Source of the DNA: Rhynchobatus australiae
Lineage: Eukaryota
Length of the DNA stretch: 64,000 nucleotides
Assembly (NCBI GenBank): GCA_034780895.1
Contig: JAUZTB010000076.1
Location: forward strand, 48,999,036-49,063,035
Direction: 5' to 3'
The notes under the pieces are model-generated. The model ran no database searches. It was not told where the DNA came from and saw only the letters and a list, made by a program, of their open reading frames with translations. The stretch's first letter is position 1. The number at the start of each line of letters is the position of its first letter. Of this stretch, positions 22,670-35,340 are shown piece after piece. The translations under genes and the position numbers were made by a program.

Positions 22670-22870
22670 TCTACCTCGTTATGGCCTTGCACCTTATTGT
22701 CTACACTTTCTCTGTAACTGTAACCCTTTATTCTTCATTCTGTTATTGTTTTCCCCTTATACTACCTCAATGCACTGTTGTAATGAAATGATCTGTATGG
22801 ATGGCATGCAAAACAAAGTTTTTCACTGTACCTCAGTACTTGTGACAGTAATAAACCAATTTACCAATTT
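22670..22870 (+). mobile_element. Rex/Babar-type LINE 3' UTR fragment
   Basis: Matches 15430-15618 (acctcgtta...cactgtacctcagta...aaaccaatt). Confidence 0.75.
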
Positions 22871-23139
22871 ACATATCGATACTGAAGCAATTATGATGTT
22901 GAACCTATTCCTGATATCAATACGGAATTAGCTACAGGATCTCAGAACAGCAGTGAGGTAAGTCAAGAGGCTGCGAGTTTCTCAGTTCCAGGAACCAGAA
23001 CAACATTAGAGACAAATACACAATTGAAGAGATCAAATAGGCGAAGGATGCCAGTCAACAGATTGAATAAGTAATGACTCTCTATAACTGTGAAAAAGGC
23101 AGAAACAGTATTTTTTTCCCATATATACTTAAAAATGTA

Positions 23140-23452
23140 GCAGTAGGCTATTTTGCCCATTGAGTCTGCAGAGCAATCCCATACACCACTAATTTTCCCA
23201 GTAACCTATTCTCCCCACATTCCCATCACCTCCCCCGGATTCTACCAGTCACCAACACACTAGGGGAAATTTACAGTGGCCAATTGACTTTCCAATCCAC
23301 ACATTTTGGGATGAGGGATGAAACTGCAACATTGGGGAAAACCTGCGGGGTCATAGTGTGAACATGCAAACTCTACACAGATATCACCTTAGATCAGGAT
23401 TGAACCTGGGTTTCCGGCGTGGTGAAGCAGTACTCTGCTAGATGTGCCACTA
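23140..23452 (-). mobile_element. V-SINE
   Basis: Reverse complement of V-domain (aaactctacacaga...ggattgaacctgggt) plus CR1-like tail. Confidence 0.75.
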
Positions 23453-23540
23453 TCTTGTGTACTTGTATATTGTATACAGAGGACACAGCAATGCCAGGGT
23501 ACACATATATTTTATGAAGTAAACTTTACATATAGGAATT

Positions 23541-23635
23541 GAAAAACAAACTGCTGGAGGAACTCAGCAGGTCAGGCAGCAGCCATGGAGGGAAAGAACA
23601 GTCGACGTTTCAGGTCAAGACCCTTCATCTGAACT
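23541..23635 (-). mobile_element. Penelope-type terminal repeat with degenerate hammerhead core
   Basis: Reverse complement agttCAGATGAagggtcttgacctGAAACGTCgactg...gctgcctgacctgctgagttcctccagca. Confidence 0.75.
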
Positions 23636-24659
23636 ACATATAGGAAATTCCTTATATTTAAAATTAGAAATAAACACCCTTATTTAAAGTTCTGATGTCT
23701 TCTGTTATTACCAGAACCCCCCACCACATCTGATGTCCACCTTCGGATACATTATAATAGTGAAAGATCAAACTAATTTATATTAAAGTAAAAAAAAAGT
23801 CATATAAGAAATTTTTACTTGCAGTGCATGACACTAGTTGTCACATATTAAATCATCTCAGACTCACCTAATTGAAACTTCCTCGATTTTTAGGCTAAAT
23901 CTATCCTTTAAACTTCCCTGTGATTTGATCCAGTTTACTTTTCAACCTTCTTTTTTTGTAGTGCACTGGAACTGTATTATTATTCACCTAAATATTCTCA
24001 TGCAAAATCATGTTCCAGTAATGTGATCAATGATTTATTCATGAGCATGCAAGGGGAGGGCCTGTGAAGTAGTCTAGCTGCCAGAGTAATAATTAAACTA
24101 TTACTGGTTCTCTCTGCAAGCTGACTGGAAGCAAAATTCTGCAGAACGGTTTAAAATGATAGCTTGCAGTTTTCAGCTTGCCAATGTCTATATTTTCTAA
24201 TGAGTCGCCTAGCTCTGCAGTGCTGGATCATATCCAACAACTCTTAAAGCACATCCGTGCAGTCAGCAGAAATGTGCACTTGATGCCATTCGTGATCTGA
24301 TGCAACAAATTTTTTACATGTAAAAAAATTTGATCACGCAGTTAATTTAACCATGACAGTATTAAAGCGGAGGCAAAAGGAAGTATGACTGCAGATGACC
24401 CACACTACCTCAGGCCTACTTTTAGGGTCAATGTCCTTCAACTTCCACTTTACTTCTTAGACTGTAATTGAACCATTCGATATAAAAGAGCTGCATGAGT
24501 AAAAAAAGTGCTATGTTCAATGTCTAGTCAAAATTGAGCAGAGCAATAAAACCAAAGCTGATTGGGTAACCTTTTTTAAAAACTTGGCCCAATCAAATTT
24601 CTAAGACTTAATATTTGGGGAAACTCAAATGCAAGGTTAAACAGTAATTGCTGAACCAA

Positions 24660-25070
24660 GAGAGCTGGAGTAAACTCTATATTAAAGGAAATATTTGTTT
24701 AATCCATTTGTGCTGATGCTGGCACAAATGTATGGAAAGTAATCAAAAAGGAAAATTGAATATTCGTCTCATTGTAAAATGGAGGACAAAAAGGAAGTGA
24801 TGTTTCAGAAATGCAAAACCCTGGTCTAATTCCCCATCTACAATACCACATTTAAAATCAAAAAGTGATTAATTAAATATAATAATACAGAGAAACTATT
24901 TTCTTTGGTGGAGGAATCCAGAATAAGTGGGTATAATTATAACATTAGAAGTAAGCATTTATAAATGAAATTGGGCAGCATTTGTCCACAGAAAGGGAAG
25001 TGAAAGTATGGAATTCTCTCCCCAAACAGAGATTGAGTCATGGAGTTTTTAATGTAAGACTGAATAAATA
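24660..25070 (+). mobile_element. Degenerate CR1 LINE fragment
   Basis: aggaagtgatgtttcag...ctggt and agaaactattttctttggtggaggaatccagaa...tggaattctctccc. Confidence 0.6.
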
Positions 25071-25199
25071 CTACAAAAGCCAAATACTGGGGAGGCCAGA
25101 TGTCTGAGATATCAACAGAAAATGCTATATTCAACAGGAAAATCTGGAAGAAAGGATCAGAATTAACCTTTCAGGTATTTCTGTATTTATTCAATTTTC

Positions 25200-27060
25200 A
25201 GGATGTAGGCCTTATTGTCCAGACTTAGTAGTCCTTGAGAAGATGGTGGTGACCTGCCTCGTTAAATTGCTATAGTACTTTTGGTGAAGGTACGTCCACA
25301 TTGTTGGAGGGTAGGAAGTCCTAGGATTTACTCTTACTGACATTAAAGGAACAATAATATACTTACAACTCAGAGTGGCGTGCAACTTGGAGGGGGACAT
25401 GCACCTGTTTCCTTTGCCCTTCTTCGTGTAGAGGTCATGGTTTTGGGTAGGGCTTTCACATTGGCCTCAGTGCGTGACTCTTTGCATTTTGCAGATGACA
25501 AACCCTGCAGCCTTGGGGTGCTGACAGGTTTGAATGAATTGTTAGAGAAGTGACTGCTTTGTCCTGCATACTGTTGTTTCAATTACCCAGGCATGTGAAA
25601 AATATTCCATCATGCTCGTAACTTTTATGTTATGGATTGCAGGTAGGCTTTGGGGTGTCAGGAGGTGTGTCACTTGCCACAGGATACCCTGTTCTTATAG
25701 CCGCAGTACTTATATATCTACTATAATTCATTTCCTGTGGCTTCCAGGATGTTGATGGTGGGGGTCTCAGAAATGGTAATCTGTTGAATGTTATAAGTAG
25801 GTAGTTAGACTCTTTTTGGAGGTGGCCATTGTCTAGCATTTAAAAGCATGAATGTTACTTACCACTTGACAGCTCCACCTGACTGCTGTCCAGATCTTGC
25901 TGCATACAAGCACGGACTACTACATTTGCTGAGGAAATGCAAATGGAATTGAACATTGTTCAATCATAGGAAAATATCCCCCCTTTTGACCTTATGGTGG
26001 AAACAAGGTCATTGATAAAGATGGTTTTGTTACAGCAGTGCCCTGAGGTGATCCTGTGGCAAAATCCTGAGGCTGAATAACCATTTCCTTTGTGGAAAGT
26101 GTGATACCAACCATTGGAGTGTTCTACCCTTGATGCCCATTGACTTCAGTTTGAGCTCTTTGATATCATATTGAGTTAAATGCTGACTTGATGTCACTTC
26201 ATCTTTGTAATTCAACTCTGGTCTGTGTTTTATTCAAGGTTTACTGAGGTGGAGTGATCCTGGCATAACAGAAACTGGGCATTGGTGAACAGTAGGTGAC
26301 ATTTATTTGCATTGTTGATGACATCTTCCATCATTTTGTTGATGATTGAGAAGAGGTTGATTTGGATAATTAGCCAAACTGGATTTGTCCTGATTTTGTG
26401 AATAGGACATACCGGGGCAATTCTCCCTTTGTGTAAAAACATAAGAAATCAGAGTGGGAATAGGCCTTTCAGCCCTTCATGCCTTGCTCCATCACTAGAA
26501 GATTGTGGCTGTTCTTTTACAGTGCTGCTTTCCTGCACCAACCCCATATCCTTTGATTTCCTTAATGTCTAAATATCTATAAATCTGCCATGAATGTACT
26601 CGGGGACTGAGTCTCCACTGCCCTCTTGTGTAGTGAATTCCAATGATTTCCCACTCTCTAGGAGAATCTCTGTCCTGAATGGCCCATCATTATTTTGATT
26701 GCATTGTTGAAGCTACTGAAACAGTATGGTTAGAGGTGTGATAGGTCTTCAATACCATCCCCAGGATATTCTTCTGGAACGATGGTCTTTGCTGTACCCA
26801 GTGCTCTCAGTCATTTCTTGATATCATTTGGAAATTGGCTGAAGACTGGCTTTTGTGATGGTGGAGATCTCAGGAGGAAACCAAGATGGAACACTCACTC
26901 AGCACTTCTATTTGAACAGGGTTTCAAACACTTCTGAATTGTCTTTAGAATTCACTTGATTGTTCCCACCATCATTGAGGATGAGGATGTTCTTGGATCC
27001 TCCTCCTCCTCCTCTTTGCTCCTTAATTATCCACCACCATTCACGATGTGGCAGAACTGC
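25200..27060 (-). mobile_element. Old L2/CR1-clade LINE remnant, interrupted by a CR1 3' fragment at ~26440-26700
   Basis: RT-like pieces in minus ORFs (KLKSMGIKGRTLQWLVS; IAPVCPIHK...INLFSIINKMMEDVIN). Confidence 0.75.
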
Positions 27061-27269
27061 AGAACATTCATCTAATATAGAAACAGAAAATACTGGAAAT
27101 ATTCAGCAGGTCAAACCATGAAAGAGCAGCAGAGTNNNNNNNNNNNNNNNNNNNNNNNNNNNNNNNNNNNNNNNNNNNNNNNNNNNNNNNNNNNNNNNNN
27201 NNNNNNNNNNNNNNNNNNNNNNNNNNNNNNNNNNNCTGTGTCATTCTCTTCATAATCTTAGGATGGGTT

Positions 27270-27545
27270 CTAGAGCCAATGAAATTATTTAGAAGTGTAA
27301 TCGCAGATGTAATGTGGCAAACACGGCAGCCAATTAAAGAGGTAGCAAAGGTCCCACTGATGCAATGAGGTAAAAGATCAGGTCATCCACTTTCTAGTTT
27401 TTGGTTCAGTAACAAATATTGGCCAGGATGACAGAACACTCCTCTTAGCAGTTGTGTGGGATCTTTTCCCTTCAGCTCAGAAGAATTGAATGACTTCAGA
27501 GGAACCAAATGTGTGGGAGCCAAGCACAACTGGGGCCAATGCTCC
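27270..27545 (-). mobile_element. DeuSINE-like remnant
   Basis: agccaatgaa...gaagtgta...gtaatgt...gcagccaatt...gcaaaggtcccac (Deu-domain reverse complement). Confidence 0.6.
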
Positions 27546-27729
27546 ATAACTTCTTTGAATAATAGTGAACTTTTGTTTATAATTATCATTTTCCTGACAG
27601 ATTGAATAATTGTTTGTAAAAATCAACATTCAGTGTGACAGCATTTATTAATTATCTCACAGTAATGGAACATAGAATGTTAATCTAACCCAGGTAAATT
27701 GCTACCTTCAGTCCAGATATAACAACAAG

Positions 27730-28390
27730 AATATGATTTAAGAACAGGTTTAGGTCTCTTGACCCTTTAAGCCTGTTTCATCATTCAATAAGATTACTGT
27801 CCATCTTATTATACCCTCAACACCACATTCCTGCACACCCCAGGGTAACCTTTCACCTCCTTGCTAATCAAAAGTCAGTCTACCTTTGCCTTAAAAAAAA
27901 CATTCAAAGACTCTGGTTCCATCTCCCATTGCAGATGAGAGTTCCAAAGACTCATGACCCTCTGGCAGAAAAGAATTCACCTCATCTGCCTTAAATGGAT
28001 GACTCCTAGTTCTAGATTTGCTCACAAGAGGCAACATCCAATCCTTATACATTCTGTCAAGACTCCTCATGATCTTACATGCTTCAAATCAATTTATATA
28101 TTTACATGCTTCCTTAAACAAGGAGACCAGTACTGCACACAGTTCTCCAGTTATAGTCTCACCTATACCCTGCAGAACTGAAGAATAACTTCACTGCCTT
28201 TATATTCAATTCCTCTTGGAATAAACAATGAATGCCATTAGTTTTTCTAATTACTTGAAGTATGTGTATACTAGCCTTTTGCAAATTGTGGTACCAGAAC
28301 ACTCAGGTCCTTGTACATCTCATGTGCAACAACCTTTCATCATTTGGATAATATACTTCCTTTTTATTTTAGTTGCCAAATGGACACTTT
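27730..28390 (-). mobile_element. CR1 LINE 3' remnant
   Basis: gagttccaaagactcatgaccctct...agaattcacctcatct; gaccagtactgcacacagttctcca. Confidence 0.7.
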
Positions 28391-29582
28391 GCTAGTGAAC
28401 CATAAAGCTAGGCCAATTTGAGCACTTTGTTGCAAGAGCAAATGGAGGAGAAATCGAGGACTGATCTATCTGCACCAAGAAATGTCATCTCCAAATGTTG
28501 GGATTAAGAGCATCATTGAAAAAGGCCTTTGAATAAAAGTAATGCTAAACCTCACAGTCAATGGTACATAAGAATAGGTCTTAAACAGATGTGAGCAAAT
28601 GGTTTTGAAACAGAGAAGTAAAATTCTAAACAAAAATGGAACTGTATGGGTGTCAGAACTTCTGAAATGGCACAGGATGTGTGCTATTTCACAACCGAAA
28701 GTTTAGAAATATTTATTCATCCAATGAATCACCATGTGATTCAATTTATGTTTGGATGTCACAGACTTCAGGCAAAATACTCATCAAGATTAGTTTTGAC
28801 TTAAAGGGTGCAAAGGTGTCTAAAGATGAAGATTAAAATATCAGGGTCAATTTCACATAAGGGGCCTCACAAGTTTTCAACTTCAAAGTCTTTGTGCTAA
28901 TCAAATTGTTTTTGCCTTTAAATGTTACAGTGTGAATATTGTGACATTATTTTTGAACTAGATGATTAATATCCCATCTGGTCATGTTTGCACATTGCAT
29001 AATTTCCTACTTAACTAAATGGTAGGGAGCACAGTGACTGCCCACTGTAATACAACTTCATGTCTTAACCTGTGCTATAACAACCAATGCTTTGAACTGC
29101 CATCTTGGAACAATTTGCTGATGCAATATTTTGTCAGAGGAAGTCATGTCCACAACAGTCCAGAACTTTTTCTAAGTAGACTAATGGTTTCAAGACTTTT
29201 GTTCATTGGTCTTTGATTTTTAATTTTTAATAACACTGGGCTGTAATTTCAGGCAAGAGAATCAAAAGAATATTTGTCAGGGTATCGTTTAAGAACTAGG
29301 ATTGGTTTAGTGTAAAATATTAATGTCATGTTTAAGATTACAAATGCACTGATACTTTATCTAACATTAAGAACATAGACGGCATTTTGCACATCTGTGA
29401 TCATATCTGTCGCTATTGTAATCCATGCCCTGAAATCCTGAAGATTCATCCTCTCAGCTCCATCAGCTAAATGGAAAACAGTNNNNNNNNNNNNNNNNNN
29501 NNNNNNNNNNNNNNNNNNNNNNNNNNNNNNNNNNNNNNNNNNNNNNNNNNNNNNNNNNNNNNNNNNNNNNNNNNNNNNNNNN

Positions 29583-29644
29583 GGCCTTCATTAGTCGGGG
29601 TATTGAGTTCAAGAGTCGCGAGGTAATGTTGCAGCTCTATAAAA
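29583..29644 (+). mobile_element. Young CR1 LINE ORF2 fragment between gaps
   Basis: Translates to AFISRGIEFKSREVMLQLYK with CpGs retained. Confidence 0.85.
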
Positions 29645-30059
29645 NNNNNNNNNNNNNNNNNNNNNNNNNNNNNNNNNNNNNNNNNNNNNNNNNNNNNNNN
29701 NNNNNNNNNNNNNNNNNNNNNNNNNNNNNNNNNNNNNNNNNNNNNNNNNNNNNNNNNNNNNNNNNNNNNNNNNNNNNNNNNNNNNNNNNNNNNNNNNNNN
29801 NNNNNNNNNNNNNNNNNNNNNNNNNNNNNNNNNNNNNNNNNNNNNNNNNNNNNNNNNNNNNNNNNNNNNNNCATATTCAAAGAACAGTTTAAATGCTGTG
29901 TTTCCAAGACACCTCACCAGCAAACAATTAACATTTGATACCAAATCATATAAAGTGATTAAGTAACCAAAAAGTTGGTCAAAGAAATGCCTTAAATAAG
30001 GAGAGATAGGTCGAAGGATTTAGGAAGAGAATTCCTAAGGACTCCCTTTTTTAAAAAAA

Positions 30060-30290
30060 CACAAAAGGTGGTGAGTAAATGGAACGAGTTACCAGAGGAA
30101 GTGGTAGATACTGTACAATTATGATATTTAAAAAGGCATTTGGACACAGTCACATGGATAGGAAAGATTTAGAGGGAAATGGGCCAAACTCATGGAAATG
30201 GGACCAACTCAGTTAGACAACTTGGTCAGCATGGACATGTTGGACTGAAGGCCTGTTTCCATGCTGTATAACTCTGTGAATCTATAATTA
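30060..30290 (+). mobile_element. CR1 LINE 3' end
   Basis: tggaacgagttaccagaggaagtggtaga...catggacatgttggactgaaggcctgtttccatgctgtataactct. Confidence 0.8.
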
Positions 30291-30879
30291 TGATTCTATT
30301 AAATATATCCTGAGATTTGTAGAATTTCCATCACTCCACAAGAATCTTATGTTTGCACATGTTGACACCACACTGCCTATTTCTTATAATTCCTTATAAG
30401 ACTCTGAAAAATATTAAAGCACTGACCATCTTGAACAATAAATTGAAAAGCTGGTACGATATGAGCTGCAACATTCCCTAAGTAGGCAAGTCATATGTGA
30501 ATGGCATGCCCTTTGGAGGGAGAGACCCTTGCATTTCCATTACTCCTTGTGTAAAAATATGCTTCCTAAATTCAGGCCAGAACGACCCAGCTTTAATGTT
30601 AAGATTTGTTCTGCCTTTTTCTGAATTCGCATTTTCTGGATTCCAGTTGAGTAACCCTTCAACCATAAAAACACAGGGAAACACAAGCCAAGTTTTCTCA
30701 TAATTGTACCCATTTTACTTGGTCCAAGGCCAGTTTATCTTTTCTGAGATGTAGACCCAAGAGGAGAAAACTCCAGGTGAGGTCCAACTGAGGTTCTGTG
30801 TAATAAAAATATAATTTTCTCCTCTTTCTATTCATTCTAACCCCCCTCGAGCTGAAGATCAGCATACAATTAGCCTCGA

Positions 30880-30980
30880 ACAAAAACAGAAAATGTTGGA
30901 AACACTCAGCAGGTCATGCAGCGTCATGGAAAGAGGATCAGGGTTAACATTTCAGGCTGCTGACCCATCATCAGGCTGCT
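30880..30980 (-). mobile_element. Penelope-type terminal repeat with hammerhead core
   Basis: Reverse complement cagcCTGATGAtgggtcagcagcctGAAAtgttaaccc. Confidence 0.65.
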
Positions 30981-31985
30981 GAGAGGCAGAGTGAAGAGTA
31001 GATCAATTACACAAGATGACCAGGAGCAATGGAAGAGTCTATCTCTAACATCTCGCAGGATATGGTGCAGGGCAACAGGGCATTATTGTTACCCTTAAGC
31101 TGATACACACTTCTGTGCTGGGCACCGTCAACACAGGAACAACACAGAGAGTGACGGAGCAGGTTTCTGCTTTGTTGGGAAGCACAGATACAGTCACCTG
31201 AGGTCTGCTAACTGTGAGCCAGCAGCAGGTCAATCGCCAACACCAGCAGACTACTAGTTAGTGGGAAGAGAGGGTATTTCATGAACTTCAATGCTGCTGG
31301 CAGAGAACAGGGGGTGTTTGCCCAGTTGTTATAATGATTGCTTGTGTCAGGCAATTTATTGTGAACACTGTACAACCTGGATCTCAGCAGCTTTCGAGAA
31401 ACAAAAAGCTGCCGGTGCTGGAAATTCAAAATTCTGTCACAAACCAACACAACACATTTTCCCTTGCCTCCTACCCGACTGGAGCCCATTCATGCTGGGT
31501 GCCCCCAAGGAACTGCACCAATCTAACCTCTGTTCTGCATTCACAATGTCAGAAGCTGAGTTTTTCTGCCGTGGGCTCTTCACCTTTGGAATCCTCCTCC
31601 TTGGCGTGGAGGTTTAGGAGTGGTGAGGGACTCACCTGGTGTGCTTGAAGTGGTAGGAATGGAAACAATAGCATGGCAAATACTGCATGTGTTGGCTTTT
31701 AGTGGAATGTGTCCACTTAAGATAAAAAGACTATTTCAAAGACGGAGCAATTGATGTGGAAGATACGAAGATACTTGTAAACCATGAGATCCGAGGGTCT
31801 GAAGAAAGTTCATCAGCCCTCCACAGATGCTGCCTGACCTGCTGAGTTCCTCCAGCATTTTGTTTGTTGTTCCATTAACCTGAAGCATTTACTCTGTATC
31901 ACCCTCTACAGATGTTGCCTGACCCCTTTTCCGTTTCCTGGTCTGGTGAAATTCTTGTGGCATTGACAATGATGAAGGACTTGTC

Positions 31986-32537
31986 CTTCCTCAGGACCAT
32001 CAAGATTTCTTCTTTTTCCACAGCCCTAACTCTCTGCTCTCAGCTGTGTGCCACACCCAGCCTTGCTAGATCAGAGTGACTCCTGGTGCTTTCCAGCAGT
32101 CAGTGGCTGCTCTTTCGAGGCTAAGAGTTTGAATGAAAAAGAAGTTCAAATGTTGGAGGAACTCAGCAGGCCAGGCAGCATCCATGAAGAAAAGCCTGTG
32201 GTCAACATTTCAGGTTAGGACTCTGCTCCAGGACTGAAGATAGGAAAAAGGGGAAGCTATCTTTCCCCGGCTTGGAACTGGGCTTCCCCTTTTCCTTCTT
32301 CAGTCCTGAAGAAGGGTCCTGACCCAAAACGTTGGCCGCCTGCTTTTCTCCATTGATGCTGCCTGGCCTGCTGAGTTCCTCCAGCATCATCGTGTTTTTC
32401 ATTCGAACTCTTACCCTCCAAGAGCAGCCACTGACTGCTGGAAAGCACCAGGAGTCGCTGTGATCTAGCAAGGCTGGGTGTGGCACACAGCTGAGAGCAG
32501 AGTCTTAGGGCTGTGGCAAAAGATGGTCCTGAGGAAG
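31986..32537. repeat. Long inverted repeat (~260-270-bp arms, 24-nt loop) centred on head-to-head Penelope-type terminal repeats
   Basis: 31986-32257 is the reverse complement of 32282-32537 (e.g. ctcagctgtgtgccacacccagccttgctagatca / tgatctagcaaggctgggtgtggcacacagctgag). Confidence 0.95.
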
Positions 32538-33944
32538 TTTTCCATCCAGATTCCAGCATCCGCAGTCCTTTGTTTCCTCGAGGGTAAGAGTTCATTTGGA
32601 TAACCAATAGAAACTTCTGCTTCTCCCACCACAGCAACAGAGCTGCCTCCCAGTTACCAGGCAACAGCTACTGCAACATAGTGGTCAAGCCATGAGGCCA
32701 ACACAGAATCCTAGTCCAATGAGAAGGCACGAGGGTTTATTACATAGATTAGAAGTTGTTCAATGTTTCCTTTATATATTATTTTTAGATAACTCAAAGG
32801 AAAGGCATTTCATACCCAGATATTAATCATGTACATTTCATATTTTATGCTTGCATTTAGCCATTACAAATTATATAAACTTTGGAGAAAATAGGTGGAG
32901 GCACTCAACAGACAAATTCATTGTACATCACAGCTATACTGTAATTCAAAGCACCAGATTCAGCCCTCGCAACCTGGGAATAGGCGACAAAGTGCCAAGA
33001 TACAGGCTTGGAGCCACATGCATTCCTCATAATAAATGGCATGGCTAAAACTCAGCTGTGAAGGTGGCACTGTGATCAGTGTCTCCTCAGTGCCCACTTA
33101 TGCAGCGGTACAGTTGTTTCTTGTTGCAGGAGGATGCAGAAGCTTAACCACCCTCGCAGAAGGTCCAAGTTTTTCTACACTAGCATAAACCCTGTGCCTT
33201 TGTCCCCACCAGTGGCTCCATTAGCAATGGACGTTCACAGCTTTCATAAGAATTTAATGTACGGATGTTAAAGTGGCCTTATACCTTGTCGCTACAGAAG
33301 TAAGGATACGAATGTAGATGCATACTATTCAGAGAGGCCCACATTGTAAGGTGTTCATGCTTTTTGCAGAACTCCTTACCACTGGAATAATAGGCTTTCA
33401 AAAGCATGTGCTCCAGATCCATGCATCACAACAATGGCTTCGCTACGATCATGGTTCCGGCATTTAGGTTTTTTTCTCCAAGAGGATGGTCAAGCATTCA
33501 AAGGTTAGCGTCTGCCGAACATCCATATTAGTGGACCCAAGAAAATATTGCCTTTAAATGCAACTCTAATGAGCACAAGGTTCATCTATTTCCCATAAAA
33601 CTCCTATGACCACATCTTAGGTACAAGCATGCAAATTGTTTTTCAGAATGGGAAAGCTAAAGTTTCAATAAGTCTAAGGACTTTGGCTCTAAGTTTAAAT
33701 GATCCTTTGCATTTAATAGGGTTAAGTACTTTTCAGTCGAAGGGATCAATATTTGCCCATTATGCTTCAGCATTGCATTTAATCTACCAGAGAAATGAAA
33801 GTACTATTGCATCCGATCACATTGGCTATCTGTTTATTAGTGCAATTGCCCTTGGCAACAGATTTATTGAGCCAATTGTTTGCAAACCTCTTAAAAGTAT
33901 CCCAGATGAACAAAATCTACAAGGCAGGATAATGGAAGGACTGT

Positions 33945-34290
33945 TTGTCCGATTTGTTTTTACCTGTACTACCTCAATGCCCTCTGTACTAACCCAATGT
34001 AACTGCACTGTGTAATGAATTGACCTGTACGATCNNNNNNNNNNNNNNNNNNNNNNNNNNNNNNNNNNNNNNNNNNNNNNNNNNNNNNNNNNNNNNNNNN
34101 NNNNNNNNNNNNNNNNNNNNNNNNNNNNNNNNNNTGTACTGTTATTGTTTTTATCTGTACTACATCAATGCACTCTGTACTAACCCAATGTAACTGCACT
34201 GTGTAATGAATTGACCTGTACGATCTGTATGCAAGACAAGTTTTTCACTGCACCTCAGTACAAATGACAGTAATAAACTAATACCAATAG
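33945..34290 (+). mobile_element. Rex/Babar-type 3' UTR, duplicated across an N gap
   Basis: ctgtactaacccaatgtaactgcactgtgtaatgaattgacctgtacgatc occurs on both sides of the gap. Confidence 0.7.
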
Positions 34291-35239
34291 GAAATTATTA
34301 TGGTGGGGCTAGAACCACTGGCTTTGAACATTTGATTTCTATAATGCATGTTGTCCCAAAGGTTAAGCGTTCTGCAAAGGGGATGAGAGATACCAGCATA
34401 TGGATTCTTTCACCATTAAAAACAACAGGTATGATCCACTATGATAATATGAATGTTGCCTGACATTTTAAGCAGAAGGAGCCATTGTGGTTTGACTCTA
34501 ATTGAAACAAATTACATTCTCTGCACATTCTACTCATGTTTGGGTCTATCACAATCTGCCTGGCAGAATGATTTCAATTCTTCCGCCACAGGCTACAGAC
34601 TGGGAAGGTAACTGTGGAGTTCAGGCAGGGAGCGAGCCTGCAATTTCAAAAATATTTCTCAGTACCTTGGAGAATGCGAAATACACCTTGAGATGAGGCC
34701 AACGCCCCTTAGCACTAACACAGAGATGTCTGTTATAGTGGCTGATGTCTATGAGTGGCCATTGTACTTTGTATGTCATGAGAATCTGTGGCTTATTGGA
34801 CCGTCCTTGACAGCTTGTCAGAGAGGGTCTCCCTAGTGCACTGTATGTCATTTGATTCTCCCAATGGCACATGCTGTGGGTGCTGTTGATGATGACCCAC
34901 CCCCCTTTCATGCTTATTATCTTTCTCTTTGCCTGATCACATTGTGTTTATTGCGGCTCCCCTTCTTGCTGGATGCCCTCAGTTGAGGACTCTGCCAGCC
35001 TGTTTGCTCGGTTGTGCAGTAAGTAGCAGATGACAAAGTAGGAGTCCATATCTATTGAGAACTGAAAGGAAACTTTGAGTAGTGTAGGCAGCAAAATCAC
35101 ACTTTAACAAGGCTGCTTGCGCATGGTGTTCCTTTTGTTGGTGTGGCTTCCATTGGACTGCAGGAACTGGGAAACGCACATAGGTGAGAAGTCATGTAAG
35201 AGCAGGAGGGACACAAGAGACTGCAGGTGCCGGGAAATG

Positions 35240-35340
35240 GAGCAAAAAGCAAACTGCTGGAGGAATCTGGTGGGTCAAGCAGCAGCATCTGCAGAGGCAA
35301 AGGGATAGTCGCCGTTTCGAGCCAAGACCCTGCATCGGGG
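35240..35340 (-). mobile_element. Penelope-type terminal repeat fragment
   Basis: aaactgctggaggaa...gcagcatctg...gtcgccgtttcgagccaagaccctgcatc. Confidence 0.65.

Noticed and set aside
31630-31700. Perfect minus-strand donor CAG|gtgagt after IPTTSSTP
   Set aside because: No convincing in-phase acceptor, and it lies in degenerate repeat-like sequence.
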